Assembly: GCA_024626585.2 (NCBI GenBank)
Contig: JANKJI020000002.1
Span: 175,750,246-175,798,447, forward strand
From: Ginkgo biloba
Lineage: Eukaryota > Plantae > Ginkgophyta
Reading direction: 5' to 3'
Length of the DNA stretch: 48,202 nucleotides
Part shown: positions 14,201-24,028 of the stretch, in pieces
Layout: the number at the start of each line of letters is the position of its first letter
Position numbering within the stretch: the stretch's first letter is position 1
The notes under the pieces: model-generated
Told to the model about the DNA's origin: nothing
What the model saw: the letters and a program-made list of their open reading frames with translations, nothing else
Databases searched by the model: none
Position numbers and translations under genes: made by a program

Positions 14201-14690
14201 TTACAATTTAAATTCTTACTTATAAATTCTACATCAACATGAACAAGTTTATCTCCAAATGAGATATGAAGGTTATAAATGAATCCTATTGGATTGAAGT
14301 ATTAAGTATTAAATATATTTAATATGTTACAACTCTTATGTAAGGAGGTAATGCCCATTTACTCAAAATTATGTCAAGATATTACATTAAGAGTTTACCC
14401 TTCATCAACTATATAATTATTAACCATACCCAATATTTAGGTATGGATATAGAAGGGAGTAGGTGTGGGATCTTGTAATATAGGGTATAAACCATCAAAT
14501 GTAATGAGGGATAAGATCCTTTTTTTTTTTACAAGAACGGTTAAAGATTATATAATATAAAAAGCTGTTTACCTTCTCTGTAAGGAGGAGGNNNNNNNNN
14601 NNNNNNNNNNNNNNNNNNNNNNNNNNNNNNNNNNNNNNNNNNNNNNNNNNNNNNNNNNNNNNNNNNNNNNNNNNNNNNNNNNNNNNNNNN

Positions 14691-15091
14691 NATATTTTCA
14701 CCAATGAAACACGCAATTTCATAAGTACGAAGTTGCAACCATCTAACACTCGCCCCTCCTCTTCTGGAGGCGTTAAAACAAAAAAAAAATCAATTTTGAA
14801 ACAAAATTAACGAGAAAAGGACGTTAAAAATATTTAATCCCGAAGGACTTTTTAAGTCCTGTTTTGGCCTTTTGGTCTCCTCGTAAGCGTCTCTTCACCT
14901 CCGTTTGCTCCCCGACCACTACAACGACAACACACATTTAATTAAAAATTTTAAAAATCAAGGTTGTTGACGCAGATTCCTCCCGCCACGTGTCGGCGGG
15001 CGTGCGGTGGGGTGTGCTAGTGTCAACAAAAACCACCTACAAAATTGAGGAAGATTTTTGACAAAACGAGAGGGAGGATCTTTAGATCATG
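14691..15091. promoter_or_regulatory. CpG-retaining island with G-box/ABRE (CCACGTGTC) inside a GC-rich hairpin; alternatively a Helitron-like 3' end
   Basis: Many CG dinucleotides against a CG-poor background. CCCGCC(14982-87)-ACGTGTC-GGCGGG(14995-15000) hairpin, outer inverted repeat TTGTTGAC(14964-71)/GTCAACAA(15022-29), and CTAG|T at 15017-15021. The island is flanked by gaps. Confidence 0.35.
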
Positions 15092-16013
15092 NNNNNNNNN
15101 NNNNNNNNNNNNNNNNNNNNNNNNNNNNNNNNNNNNNNNNNNNNNNNNNNNNNNNNNNNNNNNNNNNNNNNNNNNNNNNNNNNNNNNNNNNNNNNNNNNN
15201 NACCCTAGTAGAGACTTGCAGACAAAGAGTAATTAGATTGTAATACGTCTCATCTATTAGTTTTCACTAATATGAGGGATAATATCCTTAGGTTAATAAC
15301 ACATAAACAAAATGATAACATTTTCCTTTACTTGGGGAAAGTCTGCATGTCATCTAAAATTGACATCATAGAAGGAAAACATGGAAAATCCTCTAAAATA
15401 GAATACTAGCTACATTGGCACTGGGATTAAAAATTATCTTCTTTAAAGATAGTTTGGGAAACATCTAAGGAAGAATAACCAATTGGAGGTTAATAGGAGA
15501 TCATCGAATTGATTAATGACCTCTTCTTCAATGGCGAGAGAAGGAGGATTGGGTGATACACATTTCTTTATGCATATATAATGTAAACCCCTTTAGGGAT
15601 GGATTAGGTCATCACAATGTTAAGAAATTGGATATCCTAAGGTAATCCATAGTTATAGTGCTATTGGTGCAAACCTTGAACTTGTTTATGTTGTTAAAAT
15701 GTCGGGCCATGAATTAGGAAGTCCATTATGATTTTGGTAAAGGTTGTATAAGTAATATAGGACTTATACAAGACAAAGTCTAGAGCATCTACATACTAGT
15801 TTCTCTAGGAAGGGTTAGTAAGATAACCTTGCTAGTCTTGAGTGATGATTAGAGATTTTGAAGGCAACATTAATACAATTGAGTGCAACATTCATCACTA
15901 ATATTCTTATAATGATTATGCCAATAACAATATTTATAATTCTTTGCTTTGGCATGGGGATGTCATAGAGGTTCTTTTTTATTCTAAGGATTACTATGTT
16001 TACTATTATCACC

Positions 16014-16103
16014 TTGATGATTATTACCCTTAGAATATTAACTAAATGAATATAATTAACTTGATTTGATGATTATTACCCTTAGAAGATTAGCTAAATG
16101 TAT
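16014..16103. repeat. Short direct duplication, period ~52 bp
   Basis: TTGATGATTATTACCCTTAGAA(T/G)ATTA(A/G)CTAAATG at 16014 and 16066. Confidence 0.8.
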
Positions 16104-19100
16104 CTTCTTCATCCATTTGATTGGAAAGGGATTATGTTTTCTTTTTCCTTTATGTTTATATCCATTTTTAGAGGACCCCTCTTATGCATTAGTAGTGTAT
16201 TCTTAGTTAACACAGTGAANNNNNNNNNNNNNNNNNNNNNNNNNNNNNNNNNNNNNNNNNNNNNNNNNNNNNNNNNNNNNNNNNNNNNNNNNNNNNNNNN
16301 NNNNNNNNNNNNNNNNNNNAATACGAATAGCAGAATTAGGTGTTATATGCAAGGAGGAGATATTTAAAGAGGATGATGCAGATGCTGATGAGGTGAAGAG
16401 AATGGAGATAGATGTGTGGTGAGTAACCATGGAGGTAGGCAGGGATGATCACACAGAGGCATTAGTGGAGCAGTGGAAGCATGCTTTTTTTTGGTACATG
16501 ATGAAGTAGAGCAGTGGCTGGAGAGAAGTAGCCAAAACTAACTGGTAAAGTGGAAGGTAGTTGTTATAAGGAGACATAATTGGGATCACTAAAGGCGAAT
16601 TGAAGGCATTGGGTGAATGAGATTAGAGAGAGATAAAGAAGGGCATGAGTAGGGGCTAATGCATATTGTTTGTAAGAAGGGGAGTATGATGTTGGAGTAT
16701 CTCCCATTTTGGCATTTTGGCAGAGTGTGTTGGTGAAAATCATTTGGAAATTTAGTAATTTTGAGTAAATTGACAACATCAACCAAGGAGTGGACCAACT
16801 AGGAGTTCGTCAACCTGAAGAGAAACACAAGATGCAAATAATCCTAGTGGTAGTTGGTAGAATTGGAGATGGTAGTTGGACGACACTTACCAATGTACTC
16901 TTGATCTGTGAAGGAAGAGTAAAGGTGGATTTAATAGCTCACCAACCTGAGAGTAGAAAAAGAGAGTGTTAAGTGTCAAAGGGACATTTTTGGCAGAAGG
17001 GGAATATGACAGAGAGTGTGACAAAAGGAGTCAAAGAGGAGAAGAGAAGTAATAGAAGAGGGAAGAAGGCTAAGAGGAGGTCACACAGAAAATGACAGGT
17101 CTGAGTAGAGGATAGATGTATATAATTTAAATTCAAACCCTAGTGGGGGAAGTGTATATAATTATGTTTTAAGATGTGGGCTAGATATTAATAAAAATTA
17201 TATTCTTTTATGTTCATTTTTGAATTTCTATAAGTTCCTCCATGTGCTTTCATTTGGTGTTTTGGTGTTGTGTGGATGAGTGTTGAGCAAACACACATGA
17301 AGGGCTGGGCCACTATATAGGGACAAGAGATGCATCCCATTTATATCCTGGGAGCAATTGGAATTGAAGATTTGGGTACCTGGTTGCATCACCTATTTAG
17401 GTTCAATCAATATATAGTATGCAAATGGTCTAATAAAGGCAGAGAAAAGATGGATCTCACTTGTAGTAGTAAAGGGTGTCTCTAACAAATTTCTTTGTCT
17501 CCTCAACTTTCATGGTTCATTTGACTAGGTTCTTTTAGATATAGTGGCTTATTGGATGTTGCCTCTCTTTATGTTTGAGTGCATAATTATTCTTGACGCT
17601 ATGTCTAGGTACTCTTGGGGTCTATTATTCTTCTCTCTAGAGATTTTTTGCTTATAGGGGTTAGGTTATGTGTGGGTGTTCAAGCCTGACATCTCTTTTT
17701 TCTCTCATTTTTTCCATGGAGAGTATTTTAGTATGCTCACGTTCGACGAGTTATAAGTTTTAGGCCTAGTTTTAGGGGCTTTAGTCTGCTACAATAGGTC
17801 TATAATCAAAGGCAAAAGTGTTTCCAAATCAATGGCATATTTTCTAGTCATGCTTCTTCTTGTGTTGGTACTCTCACTTTAGGGTTAATATCGCTTGGTA
17901 TGAGTTCTACCTAGGATGGAGGTAGTTTCAACTCTCTTTTTTTGTGATGTTCTTAGATTTGGTTTGTAGGTGTGGGAAACGAGTTTGATGTTTGTTTGTC
18001 ATTTATCGCCTTAGCAATACCTTAAAGTTACATCCCTTTAGGGTTTTTATTGATCTCCTTTAGATTTGTATTTGGAACTGAGGGTTTATTAATTCACTAG
18101 TTTTTTTAAAAATTCTATGACCCATGTGGTTTTAGGTATTTATGTATTGTAGTAAATTAGAATGTACTTGGCCTTAAGTTTTTAATTTTATTGTCTAAGT
18201 TTTTTCCCTTTTTGATTCCCTTCATGGTAACTGAAGATCTTAGGCTTCTAAAATTTTATAAAGTTTATTAGTTCTACTGGATGAAGATATATCATTGAGG
18301 TTACTAAAGTAGCCATTTTATAAAAAAAAAAACCCTCAAATTTTATATAATATAAGATTTACGGGGGTGAAAACCCTCTCTTTTCTTATTGAAAAAAAAA
18401 GGATCGACTACTTCATAGCATACATATATAATTGAGAGTAACTAGCCAACTATTACTCATTGATGACAAGTAAGACATAAAGATAAGAGGTTATAAAGAC
18501 TAGCTAAATTTCTTTACATAATAAGGAAGAGGTTCGAGACCATAGTCCTCATTGAATTTAATGAATCATCAGAGATGTCGATCAAAGAGGACTTAGAAGC
18601 CATGCTTGTTGATATAACTCTTACTAAAGAATCAATCATTCACCCAAATACACTAATAAGGTTGGATGCTATGGTATATAATGCTTATATGGTACAATCT
18701 AGATCATCTATAGAGATGGATATGTCGATAGAGTAGAATGTAGAGGATCAATCACTAATTGAGTGGGGCAATAACATTGAATTCCATGCATCGATGTAAA
18801 ATAACCAACCACTAAATTTTATTAAATGATTTTCTGAATTTATGTTATGTAAGTCAAACTTTGTATTTTATTAAGAACACGGAAGGATCCTATTTTTAGT
18901 GTTAATAGTAATTTATGTCACAAGGCTAGATTGAGTAACATTATTTTTTTTATGTATCAACTTGGCTAGATGTAATTCTAGAGTATATACTATCTTGAGG
19001 TAACTACTTTTTGTAGTAACCATTGCTTATTTTATTTATGCACAACTGAAATGTACTTCGTGTAACTAATTANNNNNNNNNNNNNNNNNNNNNNNNNNNN

Positions 19101-19204
19101 NTTAGTGAATTAAGACAATATAATATACTTATAGGCATAAATTCCTACCATTTTCTAAATAGAATATTCCTTCTTAAATAATATTATTTGTTATATGTAA
19201 ACGT

Positions 19205-20706
19205 AAATCCTAGGATTTATACATAAAATATAATTATTAAATCAATATTATCTCCTTCAAAACTCTCTCCTCGTAGAAAATAATAGGAGTGGTCAAAATA
19301 ATAACGAAAATTATATCTCAATCTATTAGATTTTTGAATTGTATGGACTAGAGTTCAACCTAAGTTCAGTTCACTAAGGAGGCACAATTGAACTGCACTC
19401 ACTTGATAGATCATATCCTAAAAACCTTTACATGCTAAGATGTAAAGATAAAAAAGTAAGAAATTATAAATTTCATATACTTAATACCTATTCAACCCAC
19501 ACAGTTGAAACATTATCTAAGGGTATATGCAATCTTACCTAGAATAATCATACTAGAACATAATAAAAAAATTTAAATACCATTGACCAATAATGATATA
19601 TAAGTTGAAGTGAATTGTTATTTATGCTTTATTGCCATTTTTAAATTTTGGGCTTAATATTCATTATCCTTCATCTTGATAATGTCCTTTTATCATATCT
19701 TTAAAATTTTATATTGTGATTACAAATTATTATTTGTGAATAAATGTAAGATATATTGTCATTGGTTTAATTATGTATTTTACAATTGATGAGAATTATC
19801 TCCCCAAAAGTGTTTAAAAAAATAATGGAAACAAAATTTATGAGAAAGTGAATGATTGGAAAACATATAACAATGTCTCTAATGTTACTTAGTTATATGG
19901 GAATAATCCTCCTAATGAGAAAGTAAATAATTACAAAAATTAATTATTTATCATTAAAATTCCTTCTTATATGGCAATTTAAGCAATTAGAAAAATGATG
20001 TGAAGAAATTACTTATACTATATAGTGATGGAAAAGCTATAATAAGAGTACACTTTTAAAGCTTTATGGATATAACTATTTGTCTATGAAAATAATATAT
20101 TATGGTGTAGGATATAGTCATTTCTTTATCTAAAATAATACATGTGTACAAGAGTAACTTAAAAGAGACTAAATCTTATATAATTTTCCCTTGTAAAAAT
20201 TCTCATGGCTTGTGGCTTTGAAAATAAGCTTAAAAACATGTAGGCAACTCTATATCCCTCTTTTGAGATTTGGTCAAGGGGAGTTACACTTAATCTATTT
20301 CTATATAAAGTCAACCTCAATTCCTAATCACTAGTGAATTTGTTTTGAATGGTGAAGAAAATAAAAATCCATCTTGAATCCTATGTTAAGAGCTAATGGG
20401 GCCTATAATGGTCCCTGCCATTGATGTGATTAGATAACTAGAGTTATAGGGATTTGCCTATATTTTTCTTCATGGAGATAGAACATTCATGTTTGGTTGA
20501 CATCTTGCTAACATGTTAGGTCTCTGGAAATTTTACTTTTGTTTAAAGGAATGCCCCTTAAGATGTCATTTATAATGAAAAATACCAAAAGTGAACAACC
20601 ACTATATTAGTAGGTATCAAATTTGGGTATTAATATTCTCCTTAAGAGTTCATCAAAATTTCAATCATAAGTGATTTCTTACATCATTATTTTTCGCATG
20701 TGAAAG
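19205..20706 (+). repeat. Copy 1 of an ancient ~1.5 kb tandem duplication upstream of the PPR gene
   Basis: Collinear matches to copy 2: TCCTAGGATTT...AAAACTCTCTCC (19208/20711), AAGGAGGCACAATTGAAC..CACTCACTTGATAGATCA (19377/20873), ATATTGTGATTACAAATTA (19711/21131), GAAAATAAGCTT (20220/23451), AAATCCATCTTGAAT..CTATGTTA.GAGCTAATGGG (20365/23581). Homology beyond ~20420 is uncertain. Confidence 0.85.
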
Positions 20707-21323
20707 TTATTCCTAGGATTTGTTTATAGAAAATAATTATGAAGGCAAATTTAAAACTCTCTCCTTATAGAAAAGAATATGATTGATTAGAGTAGTCCAA
20801 AACTAATTCTCAATATATTAAACAATTGAATTATATGGATACGATTAAGGTCCATTTTAAGTCCAATATGACAAGGAGGCACAATTGAACCACACTCACT
20901 TGATAGATCACCTCTTAAAAATATTTACAAGTTAAGATTTAAAGATACAAATAAAATTATGGAAATTTTATATCCTTATTGTCTATTCTATCAATATGGT
21001 TGAAATATTATGAAAGGACATTTACAACCTTCCCTAAAACATCCATCTTGGAACATAATAAAGGAATTTAGGCTTCATTTTCACTATCCACCATCTTCAT
21101 AATGTCCTCATATCATATCTTTGAAATTTCATATTGTGATTACAAATTAATATTTGTGAATAAAATTAAGAAATAACATTGATGAGAAACATTTTAGAAT
21201 AAGGTATTTGAAAAAGTATTGGAAAATATAATTTATGAGAAAGTGAATGATTGAAAAACACATAATAATGTCTCTAATGTCACTTAGTTATATGGGAAAA
21301 TTCTCATTATAAGAAAGTGAATA

Positions 21324-23182
21324 GTTTTTTTGTTTTGTAAAATATATATACATATTTTATTCTATTCACAAGATGGGAAGGATCGCATCATATAACAAAA
21401 GATGGATACCTTTGTAGCTATCCAATCCTAAGACCAAGTATCCTCAATAATGACCTTCACCTAAAGATGAGGTATTTATCATAGGTAAAAATAAACTCAT
21501 TCACCATGCATGGTGCCATAAAACAACCCTAAAATAACCCTAGAGGCAAGGTACTCCTCAAATGGAAGAACTAAACTCAGTCACCATGTAGGGTTCCATA
21601 ACACAACCCTAAAATCTCTTAGACACCATGTAGGGAGCCAACAAACATGAGAGAAATTAATAAAATACTCTAACGGTGGGTAACCACATGGCCTGGCCAT
21701 AAACCTATAAGCAACACATACCTTAGAGGCGAGGTAGATCACTAAAGGAGAAGAAAGAAAAATGATAGGTTTCAAATAATAAACCCTAGAGGGATAACTA
21801 GTAGGAAACACCATCTGAAGCAAAATGCCAAGAAATCACATTGTAAAATAGTCTAACAAGAGGGATCACCTTGGGCCATTTAAAGGTTGGTAACCATAAA
21901 TGAACCCTATCCACACACCATTATTATAAGAAATTATGATAATATGACCACTTGAAATGAGAGATAGGGACAAGCCAAGGGAGTTAAAATCCTACAATAA
22001 TATGCGATCTTCAAGAGAGATAGATGTAGATAGATGTCCCATAGAGATGAAGTATATGTAAACAAAAGCACTCCCAAGTAATCTTCCAAACTAAAGAAAA
22101 CATACTACTCCACGCCACCTTCCAAATTTTCCTATAGAAATGAAATCCCTCCATCCCATTATATATGACTAGACCTCTAATTATTCCATATATAGGTCCA
22201 ACCCCAAGCAAGGATAAGGGAAATGAAGGGGCTTCATCACCATAAAGGCATTCTTTAGGAACCATAGCAGAGCTCCCGACAATCATTCTCCCAATTCTCT
22301 ACCCAATCAACGAGTTATTTATAATTATATTTATTTAATAAAAGTAATATCTTAGATATGATCATAGATTTTAAGTATGATTTACACTTTCTTTAATTTC
22401 CTTCTATCATACACATTCTTTGGGTTCTTGAGCATATTTTGGAATCAAATACTTAGGTTTAGNNNNNNNNNNNNNNNNNNNNNNNNNNNNNNNNNNNNNN
22501 NNNNNNNNNNNNNNNNNNNNNNNNNNNNNNNNNNNNNNNNNNNNNNNNNNNNNNNNNNNNNNACACAGAGCTATACTCGAAACAAGCACTAGAACAAGAA
22601 GAAAAAAATAAAGAAACCCAAAGAGCTCAATAGCCAACGCTTGGTCATTGAACAATTGCAAGTCAGACAAGGGACAACAACCCATCTCATGGCAGTAGGG
22701 CGCCATACCCAAAACAAGAGCAGGGATCTAACGACCATACAAAAACCAGGGGTTAAGAAGCTGCCAACCGTTGCACCTCCAAATTTGAAGTAGTTACTCC
22801 TCACATCGCACGAGGAAGAGCAACCATGGATGAAGAAATCAAGTAAGCCTTAGACTCCAGGGGAAGAACACCCCTAGACACAAAACCACAACCTCACCTT
22901 GACCACCATGAGTGTTGCACCTCCACCAAACGGAATCCTGCAAACAACATAACTAGAACCACCAAGTAGTGTGCCAAAGACGTCGAGCTCCAAGATGGAG
23001 GCACACCTCCCCTTCGCGTTTCGCCAACTTCATGCCTCTACAAACAAGAGAACCGAACCCTGGAAGGGTTGAGAGCAGGAGTAGGCCACCATCGGGGTGA
23101 AGAGGAGTCATTCGTCTCCAAACTCTAGCAGAGCTTGACATCCATCAATACTTACTTGAGATATTTCGAAGGGTCTTCAAGG
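21324..23182 (-). mobile_element. Non-LTR (LINE-like) insertion with 9-bp TSD, possibly composite across the gap at 22463-22562
   Basis: TSD AAGTGAATA at 21315-21323 and 23183-23191. T-rich tract at the left edge corresponds to a minus-strand poly(A). Minus-strand RKIWKVAWSS..VWKITW is reminiscent of the L1 zf-RVT region. Confidence 0.65.
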
Positions 23183-23312
23183 AAGTGAATAATTACAAAA
23201 AGTTAATTACTTATCATTGAAAATTCTTCTTATATAAGAAAGGCAATCAAAAAAATAATTAATTTATGCAAAGAAACTCCTTATGCCATATAGTGGAGGA
23301 AAAACTCTTAAA

Positions 23313-23337
23313 CATATATATATATATATATATATAT
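23313..23337. repeat. (AT)n microsatellite
   Basis: Direct reading. Confidence 0.9.
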
Positions 23338-24028
23338 TTGAAAACCTTTTAGTTTACTATTGGTCTATAAACAAAATGGTTTATGGTGTGAAGTATCGTA
23401 AAATGTAATACCCTTTTTTGGTTTCCTGATCATTTTCAATGGGATGCATAGAAAATAAGCTTGAAAATACGTAGGGAGCTCAACATGCCTCTTTTGAATA
23501 TTCGTCAAGGACGGACTGTATAAAATCAGCCCAAATTCCCAACGTTTGGGGTATTTATTTTCAAATAGTCAAAAAAGTCCAAATCCATCTTGAATTCCTA
23601 TGTTACGAGCTAATGGGCTCTGTAACAACCCCTAGCTATGGAACCATTTTGGCAATGAAAGAAAAGCATACAACGTAAACCAAATGAAAGTAAAAGAGAG
23701 CAATGAATCAGTTCAGTCCTACCTCGCGATATGGTAAAGAAAAACAAAATTCCCCACATTCGGCAGGAGGGCTGAGACCAAATTCTAATTGTTCATTTGC
23801 TAGCTGTGAAAATGCCCGCCTGCTTTCAGGAAATCCCTACTCATTTTGCAGTAGAGCAACGCAGCACAACATTCAAAACTATAAATTCAGGCCAAAACCC
23901 GACCATGTCACTCCAAGCCAAATGAAAATTTTGAGCCATATAATTCATCAAAAGGAGATACAGTCTTGGATGCTGAAAGAGTTCTGTTTTAATTCAAGTG
24001 AACTTTCAATTTGTATATTAAATGTACA

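Larger units (their letters stand above)
20707..23640 (+). repeat. Copy 2 of the tandem duplication, split by the insertion at 21324-23182
   Basis: Homology to copy 1 stops at 21323 and resumes at 23183 in register (copy 1 reads AAAGTAAATAATTACAAAAA). Confidence 0.82.

Noticed and set aside
9700-14590. Coding-like decayed stretches at 9.7-10.6, 11.6-12.2 and 13.0-14.5 kb
   Set aside because: Probably old TE debris, but no family motif is recognisable by eye.
17200-18400. Possible decayed plus-strand LINE 3' end with A-tails at ~18322 and ~18392
   Set aside because: No convincing protein motif or TSD could be read.
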